DNA of 58,869 bases, the filler included, from Sphacelaria rigidula (taxonomy: Eukaryota), in the NCBI GenBank assembly GCA_964200075.2. It is 4 parts of 4 records of this genome, joined end to end, with 100 filler letters (N's around TTAATTAATTAA, not from the genome) between each part and the next. Parts side by side here need not be neighbours in the genome. Positions count along the whole stretch, not along the records: positions 1 to 14,645 come from CAXNAA020002128.1; positions 14,746 to 29,389 come from CAXNAA020002129.1; 2 more parts are not named here. One strand, 5' to 3'. Below are positions 10,904-21,486 of the stretch, piece by piece. The translations under genes were made by a program, and so were the position numbers. Positions within the stretch are counted from its first letter, which is position 1. Every line of letters starts with the position of its first letter. The notes below the pieces were generated by a model, which had not been told where the DNA came from, ran no database searches, and saw only the letters and a program-made list of their open reading frames with translations.

Positions 10904-12539
10904 AAAAAATATTTTTACAGATCTTGTTACAAAGTAATTTGGGTTTTTCAAACCGGGAGTGCTTCCACAGGGGTGCTTACAGTGAATGTATCGAGAAAAC
11001 GCTATACAAGATGCTGGTAAAGGTACTAGGGTTTGCAAGTTCTGTGGAACGAAGTGCTGTATTAGGCAAAGTGGCCTACTAAGTTCAGCGAATTTCGACC
11101 TTTACAAAATGACGCCAGATACACGAAACTCCTCATTTTTGTTTTAATTGTGCGGCGAGACCAGCAACTTTCGTTTGCACCCTTCAGCGTGCATGTCAGC
11201 AGCGTGGCGCAGGAGTTACAGCAAGTGCAGTCCCATCTTCAGGCGGTGCGCGCTTCTTGAGATTTCGTAGATCTGGCTGCTGACGATAGCGCCAAACGTG
11301 CGACAGAAAGTGGACCGTAGCGTGGCCAACCCGGCCTGTGACGCTGTCTTCAGCAAGCACATGACGGCTCTGCAGGCGGAGAATACAGCAGCCTGGGTTT
11401 TCGTGCACAAGTGTATGCTTTGGGATTGAAGGCTGCGTTTATGCTGGCAGCTTCAGGGTGGCGTTTGCCGGAGTGACGTCTTGCCGTCGCGGAATGCGAA
11501 ACTGGCGGGAATTTCCCCCATCTTTGAAGCGCGCGAAATGTTGTCAAGACAGTTCCAAACTGCGTGAAAGCTTGGGGTAATGCAGTTCAGAAGACAGTCC
11601 GCGATCCTTCAGGTTCGCGGGTAACTTTGGGTCTAAGGGAGGGGAGCTCTACCACCCCCATGCGAATGGGGGCGGGGTACAGCAGGTTTTGGCGGAATCC
11701 CGGGGATACGATGTTTTGTCCCCTGGCCGTCGTCGCTTTTTCCTCGTGTGTGTTTCTTGTCTTCGACTACAGCGTGGTCATGTCCTCTGGGCAGCATGCT
11801 TTGGAGTTGAACTCGGCTTGTTTTTTGCAAGGTATGGCTTGGCGCATTTCGGGGATTTTTGTTACCGTAGCGGCAGGCAAATTCACGCGGAAAGGGCCCA
11901 TATTTGAATGAGCAAAAAACCGTCAAATTTGCTCCGAGTTGCACGATTTGTTTCCCTGAAGTTTCCAAATGTTACGAAAAAGACAGCTAATGACCAACAT
12001 GATGGTTCTACATCACTGAACATGCAGGAGGAACGCAGACTGGTGCAACATGGGTAAATTTGCCCGACATATGTATTCGCCGAAAAACCGGGGGTGTGTC
12101 ATTTTCGGTCCCGGTTGGTTTCCCGGGTATGACTTCGTTTTCAATTATCGATGCTAGTGATGTCCACCATATGTCTACCAAATATGAGCTTCTGAAACGC
12201 TCCGGTACGTACGCAATCACTAGATATGCAAAATTGTGCCTAACAGGCTAGCACCCATATTTTCCGATTATTTGCGCGAACGAGTAAGCGCACAGCCTCT
12301 ATCGCAGTCATGAATCTCTTCTTGTTTTGTTTTCGTCTAGGAAGATCACGAGCGATTTTAGCTATGATCTGATATCTAATTAAAGTTGTTCATCGAGTTA
12401 CATTTGACAGCATGCCAGACGTTAGCGCCAGGGATGGCTCAAGATGTGCCCAACAACGCACTTTACAGGAGTTCTCACCAAGACTGTGGAGAACTCTGTG
12501 CAGCACGTTCCACAGGGTGCTGTCTGCCTACGTGTGCAC

Positions 12540-14365
12540 GAAAACTTTGTTCCAATTCCACAAAGTCAAGTTGCTTTCTGCTGCGGGTAAAAATGTGACC
12601 AAGAGGTTTTTTTGCGACTCCGTTTTTGTGTCGGGATTCTTGCGTTCTGATTCTTGCAATATTCATTTTTCGTCGGGATCCTTGCGATCGGATTCTTGCG
12701 ATAACTGTTTTGCTAGATTTTCCCACTCTAAAACCCTCATCGATTTCGTTTTTTGGAAGACTACTTCCTCAAACGAACACCAAACACATCCTGCTTCAAT
12801 GGGCACCTGAATACACAGCAGTTACCGCTGTCTACCTATTATCATCATCCAAATCGAAATCTTGAGTGATAACCCCCAGCGTTTGGTGGCCATGCACAAG
12901 GAAGGGCGATTTTCGTCTATCTAGTATTATGCTCCAAACCGTACCTGAAAGGGGGGCAACACCCACATCAAGACAGTAGCAATGCTAGCGGATCCCACGT
13001 TCTGAGAGTCTGTGACAGTCTGGCAGCCGGCAAGGTGGGTATGGTAGTGTCCTTCTAGCGATGTCAACTTACAGAGCACTGGAGCAAAGTTTGCAGGTGA
13101 ATATTTCGGCGATTGCTTCACCTACAGCTCGCCCAGATGTTGTGAATCTTCTCTTGGTATCACCAAGTAACAATACCGCATACATGTACAGGTGGAAAAA
13201 CACCAGACCCTCCGTCACGTCATAAGTCGAGATGTGCCAGACCCTCATTATGTATGGAAATGTATCGAACCGTTGACGAACGACTTATACAGTCAGTGCG
13301 AACACGATGTTGGAAGTGTACTGCACACAGAGTGCTGTATGTGTTGTTTTCCCATCTATTCTGGACGCCCGTCTCCACCCTTCGGTATTTGTGGGCGCAC
13401 CAGCCGCGGCAGTGTTACCATTCAGCTTCGCCCAAGATACTGGCGACCATTCCAGCGGCGGAGGCGGCCTTTCACTCATGCGTGCGCCACCTGGAGCAAA
13501 CGCACGCTGTAGCTGCAACACGGACAGCTTCACAAAATGTGACGTAGCGGTATACTGTAGCGTGTGCTGTGATATCTGGCCTACTCGTTTGCCGCAGATA
13601 CAAGTGGGTGCATTCATGATGTGGCGAAGTGGACAGGACAACGCAAAATCAATGCAGGACAGAAATAGGCTAAGGGTTTCAAGACTTGCGATGTGCTTTG
13701 TCACCCTGCACCCTACCGCTGTGCAGTGAGCAGGTAGTACCGCCGAATGACTCACGATGCGGTTGGTACACAGTAGTATCGGCTCCACACTCGTGATGTA
13801 GGTAAACTCTGCATTGAATTAAATTAAACGCACTGAATTAAATTACACGCGCGGAGAGCGTTATGTTCGAGCAGCACGCGCGCTAGCGCTTTCCGTGTTG
13901 TCGACATCGTGCCCGCGCGCTTGTGCCTAAAGCCCTTCACCTCCCTGTGGTAGCCCTTCACGGTAGTGCTCTTCATGTTTCATCACGCGTTTTTCGAAAA
14001 TACGCAGGAGAGATGCCAGCGAGTCCATCGTTGTTGCACTTCGATTGTGGTGAACCAGTTGTTTCTCGATAGAACCCCCGCATGCTGCGTGTTGTTCGAA
14101 ATACTTTAGTATACCGTACCAGTTCAAAAACGGGTACTGCATGCATTGTATATAGGCCATCGACCATTGACATGCTCTGGTTATCATGAACTGTGTACGA
14201 GGCGCGGGGAGCGTAGTTTATCAGGGAATGCTAGGACGCAACCATACTGCAGTATAGGCAGTATAAAGCGCTTGACTCGAACAAGACGCAAGACGAAACA
14301 TTTAGTTTATGATTAATACCTGGGCGTTTTGGTTCTGAAACGTCCACCAGTCCCTCCACTTCCTA
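12540..14365 (+). repeat. ~1.8-kb dispersed repeat, family R, copy 2
   Basis: Diverged direct copy of 7895-9677. Ends are approximate. Confidence 0.85.
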
Positions 14366-14598
14366 CTGTACGAAGATAGCAAAGGACGAATCAATGATTC
14401 GTCCGGAAGTTATTCGATCTTTAGTGTAATTGACTCGTACCGTACGAGTCAATCCTTAGGCTTCGTTTTCAGCGTTGTAACCCATGTACACGTAGCCCAA
14501 GCACGTGGAATGGCGCAAAGGTTGCGTGGAGACCTGTTCGACCAGCAGTCGACTTTTCTCTTTCTTTCCAGCAATCAGGCCTACGAAATCGTGGATTT

Positions 14599-14645
14599 GA
14601 CACTTTCTACGATAGCCCCCCCCAAAACCAGCTAAAAGTGTGACA
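14599..14645. mobile_element. MITE family A, partial copy cut by the scaffold end
   Basis: gacactttctacgatagccccccccaaaaccagc matches the left end of the 17438 copy. Confidence 0.75.
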
Positions 14646-14745
14646 NNNNNNNNNNNNNNNNNNNNNNNNNNNNNNNNNNNNNNNNNNNNTTAATTAATTA
14701 ANNNNNNNNNNNNNNNNNNNNNNNNNNNNNNNNNNNNNNNNNNNN
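14646..14745. other. Artificial scaffold-joining linker
   Basis: N44-TTAATTAATTAA-N44, which places stops in all six frames. Confidence 0.97.
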
Positions 14746-14873
14746 CGTCGTTGAAAGTAGCAACGGTTGTTCAAACAAGCTTGTTGTGGATCGATAACGC
14801 TCATCCATACTGCCTGGCACCGTTTGGAACCGAATACAATCGCAAATCAAGTGTGGAAGGATGTCTGACACAC

Positions 14874-16492
14874 TTATGAACCTCTTTTTTCGTTCAACCA
14901 AATACCCCCCCCCGCTATCGTAGGATGACTCGTCGTTTGCGGTCCATTTTCGAACGGAATCTGCAGCTGAGCGCCGCCAAACTGCGAAGACATTTGTTCT
15001 AGCAGCCCCACACCGATCGACGTGAGCGCGGACCTAGAATCCAGAAAAACGCGGGCCATGAACGAACCTACGGAACCAGGCGAAGAAAGATCTGCGCGTA
15101 AATATTCAGCCTTGCGATCGACAGGTACCACGCCTGCCGAAGAACCCTGGTCGGTACCAAGAGTCACCTGACGCTAGGGCTGCGCTCCAGCACTTGGCAT
15201 CGATAGCTGCGAATCGGTGGTCTACCCAGACGACGTCACCAAATGTGCGGACAGTGCTGTTACAGCCGTCGCAGCAGTAGGACACCCACCAGACACGGAT
15301 CCTCCCTGGCCGAGGGGTTGCAAACTATTCGCTCCAGCACTCCCGACCGAAGTATTTGCATTTCCCACGTACACTGTCCGCCCCGACGCTGACGAACCAA
15401 AAACTCCAGAGTCACCACCTGATGACGTAGTGGAAGAAACAGCGGCGGAGGAACCACCATCCGCCGCCGATTGCTTGCTACCGCGGCCGCCGCGCCCGCG
15501 TCCATGGTTGGCACGGCCCCGTCCACCATGACGACCGCCTCGAGATCCTGACGAATTCCGTGCATTACCCTGAGCAGCGCCTTGAGCGCGAGACCTAGGG
15601 CAGTCCTTAATCAGGTGTCCGTTGTCGCCGCAGTTGTAACACGCGCGAGTGGACGACGCTCGCGACGACGGCTCGTGTTTCTGTTTCTTTTTCTGTTTCG
15701 GGGCGGCGTTCCTATGCTGTTGTTGTTCGCGACGCGCACCACCAGTATTTGCCGCAGAATCGTGCCGGTCATGCGCCTCGATGAACTTCCAGTGGTCGGC
15801 GGCATCAAACATTTTGTTTAACACCACCGGCTTGGATTCTGTTTTCAACCGTCTACATACGTTAGTACGCTTCTAAAATACGCCTTAATTTCCGGAGGCG
15901 AAATCCCGTTCACCAAAGCTGTGGAAACCAACTCGGCCGGGCCTGGCAACCAGCTCCTGTCCTCAGCACGGTACATGGCTTGCATCGTCATGTTTTCAGC
16001 GAAGAACGTTTCCATCGATGACTTGACCATCATCGCTCGATCCTTGACGGATGTTCCACCGCTTTGCTGCATAGTAAGAACTCTACACAGGCCTGCTGCA
16101 GCCCGCGCAGTGTCATGCTTGCCGCTGGCTGTGATGTCCTCGGCAAGCTGCTTCACAGCATCTAGAAATTCATCGGGGGTCATAGCCCGACGGTCCTTGT
16201 ACATTCCTTCAAAGCATCTATGAATGTACGGAGGGATGAGTTGACCTATGCTCACCCTGGAATAACGTACGGCTCCTTGAGTATTTCGCAGATACAACCT
16301 CTCTATGTGGTCGAGATTTTGGCGTAGAAAACTCGTGATGCTTCCTCTGTCCACACTTCGCCCTACTTTGGCGGGTCTAGCGGCGCACCTAACACCAGCG
16401 GCGCTACCGCCGCTTGAGCCATGTCGTCTAGGACTCACCCCTTCACGGAGAGACTCTTGCCTGACTTGTGCGTCGACCAACCCACGGAGCAT
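14874..16492 (-). mobile_element. LTR-retrotransposon remnant: frameshifted gag with CCHC knuckle plus aspartic protease, cut by the scaffold end
   Basis: ORF 15845-16492 frameshifts into ORF 15222-15848, which has CYNCGDNGHLIKDC followed by an RGG-rich tract. ORF 14874-15167 has VFLDSRSALTSI, a decayed LDSG protease site. Confidence 0.75.
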
Positions 16493-16992
16493 CCTCCACT
16501 GCTGTGCGCTTCAAGTTGTCTCCTTCCGACTGCCAGCGAAACTGGCTTCCAGCTGCGGCCCCTCTCCTCAGCAAAACTCCTCCTACAGAGTGCCGAAAAC
16601 ATATCTAGATATGATAGCCTCTGCCGGACGATCTGGACAAGAGGACTTTCAACGAGAGACTCCTCCAGTATCACTAACCTCGTGCTCGACAAGTCCTTTC
16701 CTCTAGCTTGTTATTTTCACGGAGTGACCCTCAACAGATCACATCACGAGCCAGACAGCAAGGGGCCACGCAGAAAAGGGCCATCAATCCAGGATCCCCT
16801 GTCCCTTGCCACTGCTCCAATCATGCATGCGATTATACTGAAACCTACTGCTTGGTATAATTTGGCTACAGCTTCAACGAACCCGAGTCCAGCCCCTCCT
16901 CCACTTCTCACCAAAGTCTTGCTCGCGCTCCCGGACGGCGCCGCACACCGACAGTCGACCACGACCATGTCACCCGTGCTCGAACCCCCAAG

Positions 16993-17215
16993 GACAGTTC
17001 CCGGCACAGCTTCAATTCATCGCGCGCCCTCACACACTCGAAGAATGTCGATCGTAGCCGCACATACGAAGATAGTTCACGACACAGCTCCAATTCATCG
17101 CGCGCTCTCACGCACCTGATGAATGCCGGTCGTGACCGTATCCACGATGATAGTTCGCGGCACAGATTGAATTCATCGCGCGCCCCAGCGCGCTCGAAGA
17201 ATGCCGATCAAGCGA
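16993..17215 (+). repeat. 78-bp tandem repeat, about 3 units (26-aa DSSRHSxNSSRA repeat)
   Basis: ga(c/t)agttc...cacag....aattcatcgcgcgc starts at 16993, 17071 and 17149. Confidence 0.85.
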
Positions 17216-17437
17216 CCGCGCGCACCCCTCCTGCTTCGCCCCGGTCACGCCGCCGTCATTTACGCAATGATAATACCGTACATGCTGCCGACATCCATAA
17301 TATATTTTCAGACATGTCACCGGCTCTCGAATCCTCAATCGAGGGGTCTAGCCGGAATTCATCGCACCCCTGACGAACTCGCAATAACCGCGACCCCCCG
17401 TCCCGCTCTGACGCTGCGGTTATTCGCTCTTTTCAAC

Positions 17438-17690
17438 GACATTTTTTACGATAGCCCCCCCCCCCCCCAAAACCAGCCCAAACGTGTCACGAAAAAAATG
17501 GACATACAGCGCCTGATGTTTCAGTTGGGCTGAATGAAGCGCCTCATGTGGGCGACATTGGCGAGAACGAACCCAAAGCATGAGAACTCCCAGCTGCTGG
17601 TTGTGCTCGGCCTTCCCATTTCGATTTACGTGGAGATTTTGCCTCCCTAAACCAAGCACTTTTTGGAGGGGGGCTATCGTAAAAAGTGTC
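17438..17690. mobile_element. MITE family A, copy 2 (253 bp, 4-bp TSD CAAC)
   Basis: gacattttttacgatagcccccc pairs with ggggggctatcgtaaaaagtgtc. CAAC lies at 17434-17437 and 17691-17694. Confidence 0.9.
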
Positions 17691-19145
17691 CAACAACAAC
17701 TGACAGATTTGAAGCAAGCATTCAAAAGGAGCACCATGGAAAACAAAGGAACCACCGCCGCCCTTGCTGCCGCCACCGCTGCCGCTGCCACCGCTGCCAC
17801 TACCGCCGCTGCTGCCACCGCCACCCCCGCTCCCACCACTACTGCTGCCCCAACTGACGCCGAAACTAACGCCAACAGCGGACCAACCACCGATCCCGTC
17901 CCGGATCCCCTGGTGTCCCCTACCCCGTCTGAGGAGGATCTCGCTCCACTCAGTGACGAGCATTGCCCGACAGGCCTCCTCTTGAGACTGCTCAAAAATC
18001 GCTCCCGCGCAGAACAAGTCACACTGATTGCCGACTACGCCTCGAAAGCGCCAGCCTTGGCCCAGGACATCCTGGCCAAGCAACGCGAGGCCGACGCCAC
18101 CGCTGCACGTCTTCTCGCGGAAGAACATGCTCAAGCGCACAAGGACTTCCAGCAGCGGGCTGCATAGGCCCAAACTTCCAGCGCCGCCGCTCAACGTGCC
18201 CTTCATGAGGGTCGCGCTGCCGCCAAGGCGGCCCGAAAACCAGTACGGGACTTAGAAGACCATGTCCGACGGACCGCCCACGACGCCGCAACGTCTATGG
18301 TCCGCCTCACCAACCACGAGGCTTCCCCTCCGTTCGCCGACGACTTGTTCAGTGGCCGCCTTTCTCCCCCGCCTTCAAGCCACACAGCCCAGCCCAGAAG
18401 CGTTCTTTCTTCATACCGCATTCCGAACAAGTCTGATCGATCCTCTTCCGCTGCGGCCGCAGCCACCACCAAGGCGGACTCAACATCCCCGCCCCCAACC
18501 GCGACCACCGCCGCAAGCGCCAGACCTCCCACAACAGCCCTTTCCCTCACCCACAGGGAACACTTGTGGCTCAGCCGTATCGCTGCCGAATACATCGGCC
18601 CATCCCACATCCCCAACCACTTGTGCTGTTCCAATGACGCCTGGAAACCGCTGTCCAGCCGGGTATATCGGGTTGTCGGCCTATTCGTGGACCAGGACGG
18701 TCTCTTCCTCGACGATGGCTTGACGGCTCTCACTTTGGGTCAACTGGTCTCACACATGACCATCAGCGCCGGACCAGATCAACCTCGGTATGTCGCGGTG
18801 GTACAAGACCTTTTTGCGGCACTACGCAACGCCCAGCACTCTAATCCGGACGCCGACATGGCCGAAGAAGGTCAAGATGACGAAGATTGGACTCCGACGA
18901 CTGCCGACTGCCGCGGCAGGAAAAGCAACAGGAGGGATGACGACGACAACGATAGAAGAGGCTCATGCTGCCGCCATGGTTGTTGAGGATCCTCCTCGGG
19001 CGGATCCGGGCCGAACCGCTCGGGCCACAATACCCGCGGTCCGAACCGAAAGTAAACCGGAGGCATTTCTTCTGGATCTTCCGGGAAATCTTGGAACCGG
19101 TCTGATACAGACCTGCCCCCTTCGGGTTCGGCAACAACTAGGCAA

Positions 19146-20647
19146 GTGATACCTAATTTGGGTTTATCTAATACGGACACACCAGAGCGTCTATTGTCTC
19201 CCACTGCAGCCCGGGCCTTAGCAATCGCCGCGGCTGACAAAGAACGTTACGAAGCTTGCAAAAGAGCAGCTTCCGCTGAAGTCGAGTCTGCTCGAGCTGC
19301 AATACAGAGACAGTACATTCAGATGGATGTGAAAAAGCGTTGGTATATGAAAACCATGCCTGCTGCAGATGACGAAATTTCGGGACAATTTACTTCTGCT
19401 CTCATCACATCCATTTGCTGTACCGTTCGCAATATCCTTCAGTTGGCGGACGCAACTGTTGCCCAACGTTTTGAACCCCATTTGGGTGGAGGGTTGGCAT
19501 ATCCCATTGCATAAAGCATTGCATAGATCCTTCAGTCGCCGCTTTCCCGACACTGCTGCTTCTCTCACACAGATCATTGACGGATTCCTCACCGAGATGG
19601 ATCCGAATCGTACCAAGGGGAGACAGGCCTAATATTACTCGCTGATTTGGAAAGGCGTATTGTAGGTCACTTCGACCGCAGCGACCAAGCGAGCGCCATC
19701 CAAAGACTGAGTTATTTTTCTGTCGCATCAGATGTCCCCTTCGCGGGATATCTTTGTGAATTTAAGCTTTTAGTCTCCGGTACTACGGGTGTCGGATGCC
19801 AAAACGAACCGAGCGACGCAATGTGCCAATCATACGTTCGCAATAGCGTTGCTCAGCAGTATCCGGCTCTGATGCCGTCGCTGTTCCCGGGTGTCTTGGC
19901 GCATCGCGAGGTGCCTTGCGCCTCGGCAGATGCGATGTGGTCTGCTTTTGTACACCAAGAGGGTAATCTAACGCCCGCCACACGGCAAACCTTCTACGCC
20001 TCTGCGTTCGCAACTCACGGTTGTGTCCTCCGCGAACGCCCACGGGTCTCGCGGCAGGAATTCGTGTTCATCTCGCACTTCATGGACTCCCGATTCGGTC
20101 GCCGGTTCATTTATGCATGTTCATAGTAACAGAGATGCATTTTTTGCGAGTTTTGACGGTTGGCCGTTCTCCGAATAAACTCGGGATGATGTCTATTTGA
20201 CTTCGACGGCATTAATAACGGATGTCCCCACTTGTGGAAACCACTTTTCTCGTCTCCTGCTAGGCGCAACACCTTCAGCATGCCAACAGTTGCATCAACT
20301 GTAGTGTCCAAGGCCACAGTATACGCGACTGCGACAGCCCATGCATCAACGCCTCCGATCTCATGAAGCCTGAACTACAGGACAATGAACCCGCGTGGCG
20401 CCGATGGCAAAAACGAATACGCGACTATCGCCAACCGAGTCGAAGTTATCGCACTCATTCGAACCAACAAGGTAACAATTGCTTTAATCGCGATCGCCGA
20501 CAAAACAACATAAATGCAAGCCCCCGCCAGAGAGATAATTCTTCTTGCGAAAACAAACGATCCGCTGATAGAAACCAGCGGAAGGGACCGACACAAAGCT
20601 CGAACCCCAACACCAGAAACCCTGTACCTTTACTACGGATCGCATAG
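19146..20647 (+). pseudogene. gag: gag of the Gypsy element (frameshifted)
   Basis: ORF pieces 19146-19514, 19369-19632, 19647-20126 and 20363-20647, with a CCHC knuckle at 20291-20332. Confidence 0.7.
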
Positions 20648-20712
20648 ACCCATGACGTGCCGACGCCGGCGTTTCAGAGGCTTCCGCGCCACTGACAGCA
20701 CTTGCGAATAGT

Positions 20713-20945
20713 TTTCAACACAGCCCGCGGAGCCCGTGACGAAGATTATTCACCCGACTCCCCTGGCATTACCCAGGAGCGCAACAGACGACCGTTCGAA
20801 TCGACTCCCGTCTCCACCCTCCACACACCTTTCAACACGGCCCGCAGAGCCCGCGACTAAGATTGTTCGCCCGGCTTCCCCGGCACCATGCAGGAGCGCA
20901 ACTGACGGCCGTTCATATCGACCCCCGTGTTCACCCCTCCACATA
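20713..20945 (+). repeat. 117-bp tandem duplication between gag and protease
   Basis: tttcaacac.gcccgc.gagcccg.gac.aagatt...caggagcgcaac.gacg.ccgttc occurs twice, 117 bp apart. Confidence 0.8.
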
Positions 20946-21486
20946 TCGCGTAACAGTTGTGTCACCTCGCGACTCAAACCTACACTCGGCCCTGAACTTG
21001 TTCCTTCAGTGCCGAGTATACGTCTGAGGTGTGGGAGCACCGACCGCCAGTCCCTGAGGCAAAGGCTTCCCTCAGCGACCGCACGCACAGATAGTAGCAA
21101 GCATTTTTCAGCTGACCCAAGTGTTGCTGACTTGAACTTGACCACATGGGATCATGTAATTCCCTATCAGTTGGATCGAGCTCCTTCCCCGCGATTTTCA
21201 ACACGCACGGAACTACCCTTGGCCGGTTCTAATAACACCCGCCCCAAGTTACCTTGGACTATGACCCCCCAGCCAAGCTTGCCTACGGAAAGCCCACACG
21301 TTTCGCTCGATCATCCCTGTCAACCGAAGACGATCACTTTACGAAATCACTAATGATCACTCTAACCGTGCCACACCTGGAAATAGTATACCGTCCACCC
21401 CCTTCTCTGGTGAGAAATCTGATCCACCGGCGGATCATCCGCCGTCTGTTTTTTCTGTCAGCCCGGCTGATCCTGACCATTTCACC

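Larger units (their letters stand above)
16861..19054 (+). pseudogene. Additional ORF upstream of gag (about 620 codons, Ser/Arg/Ala/Pro-rich), interrupted by a MITE
   Basis: Removing MITE 17438-17690 and one TSD joins ...DAAVIRSF|QQQLTDLKQAF... ORFs 17119-17373, 17580-18167 and 18297-18986 then share one frame, broken only by single stops. Confidence 0.6.

Noticed and set aside
7895..14365. The two family R copies as paired LTRs of one element
   Set aside because: They are strongly diverged, with no TG..CA ends, PBS, PPT, TSD or retroelement coding between them.
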